From positions 14,880,001 to 14,944,000 of the forward strand of contig OX597840.1 of the NCBI GenBank assembly GCA_951406725.2: a stretch of DNA of 64,000 nucleotides. Reading direction: 5' to 3'. Shown here in pieces: positions 1 to 13,019 of this stretch. The position numbers and the translations under genes were made by a program. Source of the DNA: Octopus vulgaris. Lineage: Eukaryota. The first letter of the stretch is position 1. Each line of letters starts with the position of its first letter. The notes below the pieces were generated by a model. It did not search any database. It saw only the letters and a program-made list of their open reading frames with translations, and was not told the origin of the DNA.

Positions 1-38
<38 letters not shown>

Positions 39-61
39 GTGTGTATATAAATATATGCATA

Positions 62-215
62 TATGATGGGCTTCTTCGAGTTTCCATCTACCAAATCCAC
101 TTACAAGGCTTTGGTCAGCCCAAGGTTATAGTAGAAGACACTTGCTCAAGGAACCACATAGTGGGACTGAACCCAGAACCATGTGGTAAAGAAGCAAGCT
201 TCTTTAACATACTGA
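62..215 (-). mobile_element. tRNA-derived SINE family A, 5' part
   Basis: Reverse complement matches the head and body of the full copies at 45011 and 49678 (accacatggttctgggttcagtcccact...ccttgagcaagtgtcttctactata). Confidence 0.8.
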
Positions 216-364
216 CCTAAAATCAATACAATTACAAGAATTTGATATTTTGGATAAACTCCTTTAAAAGAGTGCTGACAGTCTCCGGTTTGTCCAGGAA
301 TGGGGATATCCTCAGAATAGTTCCATCCAAAATATCCAGGCGATGCTTCTAGTTGAGCTTTGAA

Positions 365-480
365 AATCATCATCATCATCAATCATTATCATTCATCCCC
401 AATCATCATCAATCATCTCCACTCATCACCAATCATCATCACTCATCACCAATCATCATCAGTCATCGTCATCATCATGA
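365..480. repeat. (CAT)n/ATC-rich short tandem repeat
   Basis: Repeated tcatcaccaatcatcatc units. Confidence 0.8.
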
Positions 481-606
481 ACATTTAACATGTGTTTTCC
501 ATAATGGCATAAGTTAGTTTGAGTGGAACTGGTAAACTGGAGAGATGCAGCAGGCCCCAGTGTGTTTTGGCTTGATTTCTATGACTGGATACCCTTCCTA
601 ATGCCA
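476..606 (-). mobile_element. RTE/RTEX LINE 3'-end remnant
   Basis: Degenerate match to the 3' end of the LINE at 34735 (catttaac..ttccat..gcat...gactggatacccttcctaatgcc) after a (CAT)n tail. Confidence 0.6.
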
Positions 607-682
607 GTACATACATACAGACAGATAGATAGATAGATATCTATAAATAGATAGACAGATAGCTATACATATACAATATACA

Positions 683-972
683 TATAAGAGGGATGACTAC
701 TCCTGGATATCCATTATGCTAGAAGTAGATCCACTATGGTCTTACCTCTAAGAAAGGAATGTTCTCAAGAAAATTTAGCAAACGTCAGAATGTAAGTGAG
801 CAAGACAAATGAAAAGAAACAAAATATAGATTAATGACAAACCAGTTTCGCTATTAACACTTATGCAAATTACTTACGTAATTGTCTGAAGCTTTCCTTT
901 CTTTGTGGTAAGACTATAGCAGATCTACTTCTAGCATAATGAATTTCCACGTAGTGGTCATCCCTCTTATAT
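683..972. repeat. ~65-bp inverted repeat pair, possibly a Penelope-like remnant
   Basis: atataagagggatgactactcc...gtcttacc (~683-746) is an imperfect reverse complement of ggtaagactatagc...catccctcttatat (~907-972). Confidence 0.75.
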
Positions 973-1121
973 GTATGTAATATAATTTTTCTGAATCTTC
1001 AGATTTTAATATGCTAGACTACTGGTTTTAAATTGATATTAATCAAATTAACATTCAATTTTTCACCCATATACAATATATATATATACGTGTGTGTGTG
1101 TGTGTGTATACACATACATAC

Positions 1122-1206
<85 letters not shown>

Positions 1207-1309
1207 TATTTATTTCAGTCATTGAACTATGGCCATGCTGGAATTGTGACTAGAAGTGTCTTTAATCAATCACTAAGCAGTAATGTTCTGAAGGAGATAT
1301 ACAAAACAT

Positions 1310-1447
1310 CATCATTTAACATAATTTTTTCCACACTGGCATGGTTTGGATAATTTGACAGGGTCCAGTGAGCTGCAGGACTGTATCAAACGGCAATGCC
1401 TTCTGTGGCTTGGTTTCTATAGCTGGATGCTTTTCCTAATGCCAACA
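1310..1447 (-). mobile_element. RTE/RTEX LINE 3'-end remnant
   Basis: catcatcatttaac...tttctatagctggatgcttttcctaatgccaac. Confidence 0.6.
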
Positions 1448-1464
1448 CATAAACACATACATAT

Positions 1465-2604
1465 GGTTACTCTATCCAGATTACAAGTTCTACTTAGAAT
1501 TACTGCTTTCCACTAGTATTCGTTTGTCTTTTACAGCTGCTGAAGTGGACTAAGGTGTTATAATGGAGGCAATTGGATGCAGATCAGTGATCAGGTTTTT
1601 ATACTTGAAAGGTTGTACACCGAAAGAGACTTTTGATGAGACGAAAGAAGTTTATGGTGACGATGCACCATCATATGACATAGTCAAGCACTGGCATCAC
1701 CAGTTCAAATGTGGTTGGACATTGGTGGAAACTATTCCTATTCCTGGACAAGCACATTTCACTTTTGTTGACGACACTATATAGATAGTGGAAGCCACCA
1801 TTTTTGAGGATCACCGTATAAGTATTTGGCAAGTAGCCCAAGAAATGAAGACAAGTGTAAGGTCCATCGAAAAACTCAGTCGCAATCATTTGCACTTGTA
1901 GAAGTTGTCTGCACAATGTGCCAAGAAAATAATGAGAGCTTTTTCAGCAGACTTATCACACAGGGTGATGCATAGATCTATCACTAAGCTCTTGAGATGC
2001 AATAGAAGCATGATAAGCCAACACCTCCAAAGAAGGCTTGTGCTCAACCCTCTGCAGGCAAGGTAATGCTCACAGTATTTTGGGACCAGTGCAGAGTAGT
2101 AACAATGGATTTTCTGGCAAAGGGCACCACAATTAAAGGGGGCATATTATGCTTCACTGCTGCAGAAATTGCAGGACACCATCAAAGCAGAGAGGTGTGG
2201 CATGCTGACCACAGGAGTTTGCCTCCTCGAAGAGGACTGCCCCAGTTCACAATGCACATATTGCCCAGATGAAAGCAAACTCCTGCAGTTATGAAATCCT
2301 TCCTTCATCCCCCTTACTCTCCTGAACTTGCACCATCTGACTTCCATCACTTTCCAACCATGAATTCTGTTTTTGAAGGAGAAGCGCTTTGCAGATGATG
2401 AACTTATTTCGGAGGTAAAGTCTTGGCTTCAGACGCAACCTACTGACTTCTACAGACGAGGTCTTCACAGCTGCATAAAGCAATGGGGGAAATGTGTCAC
2501 CATTGGTGGTGGCCATGGAGAGGAGGACTAATAATTATGCCAAGTTTCGTTTATCCCAGTCCTTGGGGAGTGGGTCTGGGAAAATCTTTTATGAACACCC
2601 CTCA
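1465..2604 (+). mobile_element. Degenerate mariner transposon (transposase pseudogene)
   Basis: HTH fragment RSVIRFLYLKG..EVYGDDAPSY...KHW (1563-1784), MLTVFWD (2066), LHPPYSPELAPSDF (~2303-2344), and a right TIR cttttatgaacacccctca followed by TA. Stops and frameshifts present. Confidence 0.9.
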
Positions 2605-2984
2605 TACAAACATAAGTATATACATACATATATAAGTATATGATACAGACAGGCAATTAGACAACAAATGTGCGTGTATGAGTTTGTGTATGTCATGTTA
2701 AACAGGTTTATGTCTTAGCAGACATGTATGTATGTATGGTAGTCTGTGTACAATTTGGTTTAATCCTGCTCCTCAGCAGAGGTGGAGGAATTGGTGACGA
2801 TACTGACAGGGGTTGTGTTGTTGGTATTGGTGGTTCTAATCCTAATAATGGTGGTGGTGTTGATGCTGTCAGACTGGGCAGCTGTAAATTCCATAAATCA
2901 GTTTTGATTGTCAATTACTAGACACATGGAGTAACTTGTTTACATTTAATAACATATGATGGTTTCTGCAAGAGCAAAGTCTGG

Positions 2985-3150
2985 TACCACCACCACTACC
3001 ACTACTACAACCACCACCACTACTACTACTACTACCACTATTACTACTGCCACCACCTCCACGACTGTCATCATTTCTGCCACCACCACCACTGGAACTT
3101 CCACCATGCACACCACTACTGTTACCACGACCATTCTCACCATCACCACA
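2985..3150. repeat. (ACC/ACT)n microsatellite
   Basis: Trinucleotide run that produces spurious poly-Thr ORFs. Confidence 0.85.
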
Positions 3151-3412
3151 TCATCTTCTCTATCAACACCATCACTAGAATCACGAAACACTGGCTGGCA
3201 TCACACCAGACGGTCAGGAGTCTTTAATCAGAATTTCAAAAATGATTCTTTCTTTTCTGTCGGTTCACTGGTCTATGTTATTTTTTGTCGTTTGTTTTGT
3301 AGTTGTTGTTGCAGTGTTGTAGTTTTGTGCAGTTTTTTTTGTGACTTTTTCTTTTTCTATTTGTGTGCATGTGAAAGTATATTTGCAAATGTGTGTACAC
3401 ACACATACTTGC

Positions 3413-3486
<74 letters not shown>

Positions 3487-3544
3487 GTGTGTGTGTGTGT
3501 GTATGTGCGTGTGTGTATATATGTATATGTGAATATATATATAT

Positions 3545-3728
3545 ATCAGATGTATTGACTGATATGGGGAGAGGTAGGAGCACTAAAAGACTACAAATGG
3601 TTTTATGTGAGTGTGTCTGTGTATATACTCACATACATATACATGCATAAATACACAGATATATATATGCATGTGTGTGTGTGTATATATATATATATGT
3701 GTGTATATATATATATATGTATAGGTAC

Positions 3729-3761
<33 letters not shown>

Positions 3762-3790
3762 TATATATATTTATATATATATATATATAC

Positions 3791-3828
<38 letters not shown>

Positions 3829-3981
3829 GTTATATATATATATATATACATGTGTATATATATATATATATACATGTGTATATATATATATACATGTGTA
3901 TATATATATATATATATACATGTATATATATATACATGTATATATATATACATGTATATATATATATATATGTATATATAT

Positions 3982-4021
<40 letters not shown>

Positions 4022-4263
4022 ATATATATACATGTATATATATATATACATGTATATATATATACATGTATATATATATATACATGTATATATATATATA
4101 TACATGTATATATATATATACATGTATATATATATATATATATAATGTATATATATATATACATGTATATATATATATATACATGTATATATATATATAC
4201 ATGTATATATGTATATATATACATGTATATATATATATATACATGTATATATATATATACATG

Positions 4264-4295
<32 letters not shown>

Positions 4296-4655
4296 CATGT
4301 ATATATATATACATGTATATATATATATATACATGTATATATATATATATACATGTATATATATATATAATGTATATATATATATATATATATATATTAT
4401 ATTACTATATATACATGGGCTAAACATAGAGGGACAAACAAGGACAGACAAATATATAAGTATATTATATTAATTAATAAGGGTGAGAGAATTAGATACT
4501 AATTTAATAGTATTGGTGCTAGAAAGTGATCAATATAGTGAACACTCTCTTATATTTATATTATATATATATATATATATATTTACATGTATATATATAT
4601 ACATGTATATATATATACATGTATATATATATATACATGTATATATATATACATG

Positions 4656-4689
<34 letters not shown>

Positions 4690-4936
4690 TGTATATATAT
4701 ATATACATGTATATATATACACATGTATATATATATATATATATATACATGTATATATATATATATATGTACATGTATATATATATATAGATAGATACAC
4801 ACACACACATGCATATATATATCTGTGTATTTATGCATGTATATGTATGTGAGTATATACACAGACACACTTACATAAAACCATTTGTAGTCTTTTAGTG
4901 CTCCTACCTCTCCCCATATCAGTCAATACATCTGAT
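3545..4936. repeat. Near-perfect 142-bp inverted repeat enclosing (TA)n/ACATGT microsatellite arrays
   Basis: 3545-3686 is the reverse complement of 4795-4936 with about one mismatch. The spacer is mostly self-complementary (TA)nCATG units. Confidence 0.9.
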
Positions 4937-5027
4937 GTGGCTGCCTCCTCCCACCGCAGCCATTAAAAAATCAAACACTATTGATAAATTCTTCTCCCAC
5001 AGCTTCACATTTGGTCAATATATTGCC

Positions 5028-5155
5028 TATTGTACTTTAGCTGACCACTGCACTTTTAGTGGCTTCTGTACTTTTTAACTAACTAATGTACTTTAACTGA
5101 TCGTTGTACTTTAATTGACCACTACTTTAGCTGACCATTGTACTTCAACTAATCA
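5028..5155. repeat. ~19-bp degenerate minisatellite
   Basis: Repeated tgtacttta(g/a)ctgacca units. Confidence 0.6.
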
Positions 5156-5169
5156 GTGCTAGAAATATT

Positions 5170-5380
5170 GACTTCAAATTTTAGCACAAGGTCAGCAGTT
5201 TTTGGGGAGGGACTCAGTCAATTTCTTTGACCCCAGTGTCCAACTGGTACCTATTTTATCTATCCTGAAAGAATGAGATGCTAAGCTGACCTCAGCAGAA
5301 TTTGAACTCAGAACATAGAGATGGACGAAATGTGACTAAGCATTTTATCTGATGTGCTAACTTTTGTGCCAGCTCACAAC
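5170..5380 (-). mobile_element. tRNA-derived SINE family B
   Basis: Degenerate match to the copies at 8222 and 63670 (gcacaagg...gaccccagtg..caactggtac...gaatttgaactcagaac). Confidence 0.75.
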
Positions 5381-5574
5381 CCAAGTACTAGAAATATATT
5401 AAAGTGCTTTCATCTACACAACACAGCCAGCCAATTTCCTTGGCAGGTTCTTTGTTGTCTTGGATCACTTCTTCCCTACAGTGAGATAGTGTGAGCAGAG
5501 TTTGGCAATGAACACATTAATATCACATCTTCAGAGACTAAAAACATAACACAGTAAACCATACTCATAGTTTA

Positions 5575-5697
5575 TTAACCCTTTAGCATTTAAACTGACC
5601 ATATTCAGCCCAAATGTTCTGCCTCTTTTATGTTCAAACTGGTCAGATCTCACATCTCACACCTACCCTACAATGTCATTCTAAAAATAAACAATCA
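5575..5697 (+). mobile_element. piggyBac-like MITE, left end
   Basis: TTAA followed by CCCTTT start, similar to the complete MITE at 44208. No right end seen. Confidence 0.4.
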
Positions 5698-5782
5698 GGC
5701 ACAGACATGGCTGTGTGGTAAGAAGCTTGCTTCCCAACCACTTTTTGCTGGGTTTAGTCCTGCTGCATGGCACCTTGGGTGA
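5697..5782 (+). mobile_element. SINE family A head
   Basis: tggctgtgtggtaag (A box), ggtttagtcc (B box), gcaccttggg. Confidence 0.7.
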
Positions 5783-6159
5783 TAAGTATGTATCTATTTG
5801 TTTGTGTCATTTGTATACACACACATATATACATATGTGTGTGTGTGTGTGTGTATATACATATATATATATATATATAGATATAGATATATATATATAT
5901 AGATATAGATATATTTGTTTGTGTCATTTGTATATATATATAATTTCAATATGAAGCAAATAATTCACAAGAAAAAATAATTTGCAAAGATATCATTGAC
6001 TCTATTATTATCTAGTGTAACAATTTAAAAATGATAATAACAGAATAAATAATATAGATGATTGCAGGCCTCCAAAAAGTATTAAATAGCTATATAAATA
6101 GTTATGTATATATATATATATATATATATTTGTTTGTGTCATTCTAAAAATAAACAATC

Positions 6160-6495
6160 AGGTACAAATGTGGATGTGTGGTGAGGAGCTTCCTTCCCAA
6201 CCACAAGTCTCCTGGTTCAGAACCATTGCGTGGCACCTTGGACAAGTGTCTTCTACTATAGCCTTTGGCCGACCAAAGCTTTATGAGTGGATTTTGTAGA
6301 CAGAAATGAAAGAAACCCATCATATTCACATATATATATGTATATATCTGTTTGTTTGTCTGTGTTTGTTCCCCATAACTGCTTGACAACCAGTGTGATG
6401 TGTTTATGTCCCTGTAACTTAGCAATTCAGCAAAGGGACCAATAAAATAAGCACTAGTCTTAAAAAATAAATCTTGGTGTCAATTTGTTCAACTA
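6160..6495 (+). mobile_element. SINE family A, degenerate
   Basis: Aligns by eye along its length with the copy at 49678. Confidence 0.8.
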
Positions 6496-6649
6496 TAGGC
6501 ACAGGAGTGGCTGTATGATAAGTAGCAGTACCCATGGGCAGCTCACAGCCTGGTCGGGGACATACCAGCTCCTGTCAAACCATCTGATCCATGCTAGCAT
6601 GGAAAATGGATGATAAATGATGGTGGTGGTGGTATTGTTAAAAGATAGA

Positions 6650-6910
6650 GCTTCTTCCCGAGTCATACCAACTCATGGGACCTGTCTCCTGGATTCTCTG
6701 GTGCATATACTAACCGCCACCCCACCACCCTGACCACCACCATGGATGGATGCGATCCTGGTCCGTTGCATGCTTATGCATTTTTGCCAGCTGAGTGAAC
6801 TGGACTAACATGAAACGAAATGCTTTCCCTCATGAACACCAACACATTGGCCAGTCCAGGAATCGAAACCCCCAATGTGGAGTCCAGCACCCTAACAACT
6901 AAACCACTCC
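6650..6910 (-). mobile_element. tRNA-derived CORE-like SINE
   Basis: Reverse strand has a tRNA-like head (ggtttagttgttagggtg...ggtttcgattcc) and an agtccagttcactcagctg body shared with family C. Confidence 0.55.
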
Positions 6911-6929
6911 GCATATAACCAACCTCACT

Positions 6930-7170
6930 ACTCTCTCTCTCTTACACACACACACACTCTCTCTCTCTCTCTTTCTCACACATGCTCTCTTTCTCTCTCT
7001 CTCTTTTTCTCTCTCTCTCTCACACACAGATGTGCTCTCTCTTTCCCTCTCTCTTGCACGCACACACACATGCTCTCTCTTTCTCTCTCTCACACACACA
7101 TCTCTCTGTCTCTCTCTCTCCCTCTCACACACACACACACTCACGCATGCTATCTCTCTCTCCCTCTCTT
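6930..7170. repeat. (CT)n/(CA)n microsatellite mosaic
   Basis: Direct inspection. Confidence 0.85.
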
Positions 7171-7581
7171 CCATAACAAAACCTCAGGTCCTGTTCTGGT
7201 ATCAGAAAACTATTATTTGTGATGGCAGGGTGGATGGATGACAGCAAAATTGGTAAAACGCCAAAAAAATTACTTTGTTTTTTATTTAATTAGACATCTT
7301 CATTTTTCTCAACAATTCCTTGTGAATATGACTTGTTGTTGTTGTTGTTGTTGTTGATAAAGTTGTTTTTGTCCTTGTTCTGTTATGTCCCCTACTTTCC
7401 CCTTCTTGTTATCATTTTTATTTCCCTATTTCCAAGATAACCTTGCATTTAACCCTCCACAAGATCTGGTTCTGACAATATTGGTTCCCTCCCTCCCCTG
7501 CCACACCTCTCTCCCACACCATCTACCTCTCCATTAAGGGTCAATACAATGAAAATTGACCGGAAATGTTGGGCTGTCTAT

Positions 7582-8010
7582 GTCTCTCTTTTTCTCTCTC
7601 TTCCCTGTCTCTCTCTATCTTTTCCTTCTCTCTCTCTCTCATCCCTCTCTGTCTCTTCCCTCACTCTCTCTCTTCCCTCTCTCTCTCCTTCCTGTATCTT
7701 TCTCACTCTCTCTCTTTTCCCTGTGTCTCTCTATTTCTTCCTTCTCTCTCTCCTTCCTTTCTCTCTCTCTTCTCTGTCTCTCTATCCCTTCCTTGTCTCT
7801 CTCGCTTTCTCCCCTATCTCTCTTTTCCCATCTCTCTCTCTCACCCTTCATCTCCCTGCCATCACTTTCTCTTTCTCACCCTCTCTCTCTTCCCTTCTCC
7901 GTTACCTTCTCTCTCTGTCACTCTCACTCTCCTCTCATCCTCTTTCTGCTGCTCTCTCTCACTCCTCCTTTCACTCTCCCCGTCTCACCCTCTCCTTTCT
8001 CGCCTCTCAC
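7582..8010. repeat. CT-rich polypyrimidine low-complexity tract
   Basis: Direct inspection. Confidence 0.85.
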
Positions 8011-8221
8011 CACCATTGCAACCATGCTTCAGTTTGTAAATTAACTCCATCAATTCCACATTTCTTTTATTTGCTCTCCTTCTATCCCTTATGTCCTTAC
8101 ACACACACACATACACACGCATATTTTACTTACTGGCTCTGCAGAAAGAGATAGTACCCACAGCCCCTTTCCAGACCCTCCAAGATCAGTAAAACTGGTA
8201 CCATTAATATTCTGCCTTGTT

Positions 8222-8432
8222 TCCTTTCTACTCTAGGCACAAAGCTGAAATTTTTGGGGAGTGGGGAGCAGTCTATTACATCAACCCAGTACACAACTGG
8301 TACATAATTTATCGACCCCAAAAGGATAAAAGGCAAAGTCGATCTCGGCGGAATTTGAACTCAGAACGTAAAGACAGATGAAATACCGATAAGAATTTCG
8401 CCCAGCATGCTAACGTTTCAGCCAGCTTGCCT
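8222..8432 (-). mobile_element. tRNA-derived SINE family B
   Basis: Reverse strand: gctggctgaaacgttagc (A box), gagttcaaattcc (B box), gccttttatccttttggggtcgataaat central domain, tgtgcctagagtagaaag tail. Confidence 0.85.
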
Positions 8433-9039
8433 AGTTTACTGCATGTGAACACCTTCAGGAGTGAATTTCCGAAGGAAGATGTCCTTTCAGGGAAGAATGA
8501 CTCAATGGAATGGCTAATGGGAAACCTATGGTTTTAACCCAACATACGTGATGAGAGACGAGTGAATTGGGAGTGTTTGTCTCCAAAACAGAGAATACTC
8601 AATGCATGTTGTTGTGTGTATTATTTAAACTGATTTCTTCTCCATAAGATTCAAGTTCCATGCCTTTGCAATCTTCAGGTGTGAACTTTCTATGGTCATT
8701 TTATATACATTAAGTAAATCAATGACTTCACATTCGTTGTTGCTTTGTATTAATCTTTCGACTTTGGGAGGATAAGTTAGCTGATTAAAACATGTTGGTT
8801 GTATTTCACATTTTTTATTGTTAATAATCAGTTGAATATTTAGTTGATTGCTAAACTAATTAGTTTATCAAAAATCTTTTTTTACTACCTGTGACTTTGT
8901 CAGTGAATATTCCCTCTATGCTAGCAGTCACTTTTACCTTTGAGTTTGTTTCTCTGAGCCTAATTGAATCATCAGTCTACAATAACACTTATATTATAGA
9001 AGGAGGTACAGATGTGTGTGTGTGTGTGTGCTCGTGTAG

Positions 9040-9290
9040 ATATACCAAAAGCACAAGTTCCACTGGACCAGGCATATTTCAAAGTTCACAAACAGCAGGT
9101 GAACCCATGAAGTTCCCTAGTGGTAGCCAAAAAATCCAAAAGCGTCACTCTGAAAGCCTCCGTAATGATGAGGAAATGATTTAGTTCAGTGATTTAGGCC
9201 AAGATGGAAAATCAGGAAAGACATGAAAGTGCATTGTGACCAGTGGTGTATAACACTATCTGATAGTCTGCTTGATACAGGATACCATCA
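9040..9290 (+). mobile_element. Old RTE-type LINE C-terminal fragment
   Basis: Reading through stops gives KFHWTRHISKFTNSR*T...W*PKNPK, resembling the RTE motif W.GH..R..D.RW...W.P...KR. Confidence 0.4.
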
Positions 9291-9622
9291 TAATCATCAT
9301 CATCATCATCGTTTAACGACCGCCTTCCATGTTGGCATAAACATATATATACACACACATATATGTGTGTATACATATATATATATATATATACATATAC
9401 ACATGTGTGTGTGTATGTATACTCACACACACACACACGCACACATATATACACATACATACATGGCTGTTATCTACTCCTTATGCAGAGTTTGACCACC
9501 TCCTGTACCAACACCTTAGAACCATCATGGCATCTGATGTGGTTTTTTAAACAAGACAATGTTTTGAAAAGACACCCACATAAATTGCATATCTGATTTG
9601 GACCATTAAGAGATGTAGATTG

Positions 9623-9718
<96 letters not shown>

Positions 9719-9719
9719 C

Positions 9720-10460
9720 ACAGAGTGCTCTATTTCTCATCTGGCTGCAATCATCAGCTGAGTGCCATGCTTCGCCGAGATTTCGGCCCATTATGCTCAA
9801 TATCTCCCCACACGTTGGGCCCATAACAGCTGGATGTATTGCATTGCAACCAGACTCATGCCAGTTCTGTAGTCTTATACAATTCTACAAACCTCCTGGT
9901 AATATAAGCAATACCCTCAACTGCTTTCTTCCCACATTCCTTGATGATCCTCCTTGCAACTGATGCACCAGTCACCTTCAGAAACCTTCTGAGAGAAGCT
10001 GCTGGGAAGCCTCTGCAGCCAACCTCAAATGCAACCAGCTCACAGATGTAACCCTTCTCCCAAATCTCAGCTACCAGCTCTTCATAGTCCAACAGTTTCC
10101 GCTCATGGGCTTCAGCAATGCTCTCCTCTCATGGCACAGTCAGCTCTCCAAGGACCACACGTCTCTGACCCTTATCTACCAAAACCAGGTCAGGTCGGAG
10201 TGCTGACACCACAATGCTTTCAGGCAATGCCTTGTCCACAAACACCTCCCAGTTTCTGTCTTCAACCTGCCGAGGTTTCTGTCTTCTTTGGCATCACACC
10301 TTGCTTCCCAAATGCTGTCTTGCGCAAGCTCAGTTCAGGCACTTGGTCCTCTCTTGCAGCTGAAGCAACAACATTTAGCACTAAATTACGTCTAAATGTA
10401 TACCATCCAGACTGGAGTGCTTTTGAGCAAGCTGACAGCATGTGTTTGAGGCTGCCATAC
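9720..10460 (-). mobile_element. HERO-like (R2-group, restriction-like endonuclease) non-LTR retrotransposon 3' fragment
   Basis: Minus-strand motifs HMLSACSKALQSGWYTFR (end of CCHC knuckle), LRPDLVL, ELTVP*EE...ERKLLDYEEL and FEVGCRGF. Confidence 0.8.
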
Positions 10461-10904
10461 TTATATATATATTTATATATATATATGTATGTATATGTTG
10501 TCTATTGACTTTTTATGCATGCTAGACCAATGGTAGTGAAATTTCTAAAAATATTCACTACATATTTTACGTGTATATATATATATACATACACACACAC
10601 ACAGAGTCAATTTTTCTCCATTCCACAACCACAGTGATTAAAACTCTCATACAATTGATTGAACATTTACAATTATCTGGAACCATATAAATTACAAGAC
10701 AACAATATGTATCGTCTGAAATAAAACGATATTGTAGCTGCGTTAGACCAAGACCAATATGTATTGGATGTATAACAACACTGACCTCCCTCCCCACCTC
10801 CCCTCCACTACATTATATTTACTCATCAACCCCCACACCACACCACCCAATCTGTATTGATACGTATTGGTGTGACAAGCATTTGATCTATCCTTCATAG
10901 CAAT

Positions 10905-11035
10905 CTTTCTCATAGACAAGAAGTGGGTGGCATCTCTGATAGACGAGGTGGGGGTAGTGTTTCACTTAGACAAGGTGGAGATGGTGTTTCTCATAGACAA
11001 GACAGTGGTGGTGTTTCTCATAGACACGGCAGGGG
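10905..11035. repeat. ~27-bp minisatellite, about 5 units
   Basis: Repeated tttctcatagacaag..gtgg..gtg. Confidence 0.7.
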
Positions 11036-11741
11036 AGTGGATGTGAGATTGAAAAAGTGGAAGGCAGACAAATTGTGATGTTTGATAAAAATTAAAATGG
11101 TGTTCAAACTTTTCCAAACTTGTCTAACATTTTGGTAAAGAAAGCAGAATAATACAGATGGAAACTCTATTTTGTTTTCTCTATAATAAAGGGGAGTATG
11201 CGACTGATATTAGTGGAGTGAGGTGAGGAATGGTGTTGGAATTTGTCAGTCTGTGAACCACTGTCTGATTAGGTTTTCCAATTCCTTTTCATATTGAAGT
11301 TTTGTTTTGTTAGTAACCAAGTTTTTGCCAAATTCCAACATCGTTTTGATACCTTATATTTATTTCTATGAACTTACACTCGTGCCAATTAAGACAAATA
11401 TTAATTGGTCAATGTGATTGAGAATGAGAAAACCCATAAAACAGCCTCTTATTTCTTTCCTCCTCCTTACTCCGCCACCTGGTCACCTTTTAATTCAAAA
11501 TCTATCTACAATAAAGATTTATTGATGGAAGAGTTTTGCAAACGTAATTAAAAAGATGAAAACACCAGAATCTTAAGTTTGGTGGTCTTTAATTCATTGA
11601 AATAGTGAAAACAACTTCAATAGATTTTTTTTTTCATTATTTTGCATACCACTGGTTTCTACACAAGAGGGACAGATAACTTTCATTTGAACACATCTTG
11701 AAAAGTGAACTCCTCCAGAATTACTCTATTCAGAATAAATA

Positions 11742-12232
11742 GTGGTGGTGGTGACGGTGACGGTGATTGTGGTGGTGGTTGTGACGGTAATGATGATGGT
11801 TGTGGCGGTAGTAGTGGTGATGATGATGGTGGGGGGGTGATGATGATTCCTGCTGCTGCTGATGATGATTGATGGTGATGGTGATGCCAATGGTGGTGGT
11901 AGTGGTGGTGTTGATGATGATGACAATGGTAGTGTGGTGGTGGTGATGATGATGATGACAATGATGGTAGTGTGGTGGTGGTGGTGGTGATGATGACGAT
12001 GATGGTAGTGTGGTGGTGGTGATGATGATGATGACGATGATGGTAGTGTGGTGGTGGTGATGATGACAATGATGGTAGTGTGGTGGTGGTGATGATGACG
12101 ATGATGGTAGTGTGGTGGTGGTGATGATGATGATGATGGTAGTGTGGTGGTGGTGATGATGATGATGATGGTAGTGTGGTGGTGGTGATGATGATGATGA
12201 TGGTAGTGTGGTGGTGGTGATGATGATGGTGA
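11742..12232. repeat. GGT/GAT composite microsatellite-minisatellite
   Basis: Repeated gatggtagtgtggtggtggtgatgatga units of ~27-33 bp. Confidence 0.9.
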
Positions 12233-12544
12233 TCATTTCTAGTACACATTCTGTTTTTATGGTCCATTGCATCAATTTATTATTCGAAATCAGAAAAATA
12301 TTATACATTTATCCTAAAAGATATTTCATTTTGTCCATGCAATTAACCGATCGTTTTTACGTAGATTTGATACTGAATGCTTTAGTGCTATAAAAAGTTA
12401 TACAATTAATCAAATTATGCAATTATCCAGTGTGTAATTACAAAGAATCATCACTTTTTAATTATTTGCATTTATGTGCATTTTAGCTATTTGCATTTGC
12501 ATTGAAGACTGCCAAAAATGTGTAGGAAGCAGTTAGCTTTGAAT

Positions 12545-12589
<45 letters not shown>

Positions 12590-12969
12590 CAGGCACGTGC
12601 TGTGAGTAATTGCTCAGGGTAGGCAGTTGGTGACATTTACATAGTAAAATACACAAAAAAATAAGCGAATCGCAGGCATGTGACTGAGTTGGAGGCCGAT
12701 TTACTTCTGCGTTTATAGCACGTATAGAAAATGTTGTTGTAGGAATGTACGCAGAACATGTACTACATTATACAAGCATAGCTTAAATACTGAGATTGAA
12801 AAGCAGGGGCGGATTATGTCTACCTAATCTACAAAAAAATTTTAATAGTTTGCATTTTATGCATTGTAATGAGAGTAACCTTCATAATTTTGTTGAATTA
12901 AGTGCATATTTTGCCATAAAAGGAAAATGTTGCTATTGACCTATTTTATTCAGGGTAGGCACATCCCTG
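12590..12969. mobile_element. hAT-like non-autonomous element
   Basis: Ends caggcacgtgc...gcacatccctg, 8-bp flanks atacatca / aaacatca (7/8 match), subterminal tcagggtaggca twice. Confidence 0.55.
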
Positions 12970-13019
12970 AAACATCATCACCATCCTCCTCCTCCTCCTC
13001 CTCTTCCTCATCATCATCA

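Noticed and set aside
2956-3558. Mucin-like poly-Thr ORF with a hydrophobic segment
   Set aside because: Built from ACC/ACT, T-rich and TA repeats; no splice or homology support.
3278-4870. Long ORFs of up to 288 aa rich in Y/I/H/T/C
   Set aside because: These are translations of (TA)n/(CA)n microsatellites. The same applies to similar ORFs at 17.7, 21, 44.5, 46.2, 53 and 61 kb.
11683-12308. His/Thr/Ser-rich ORFs resembling histidine-rich proteins
   Set aside because: GGT/GAT repeat open in multiple frames; no evidence of coding.
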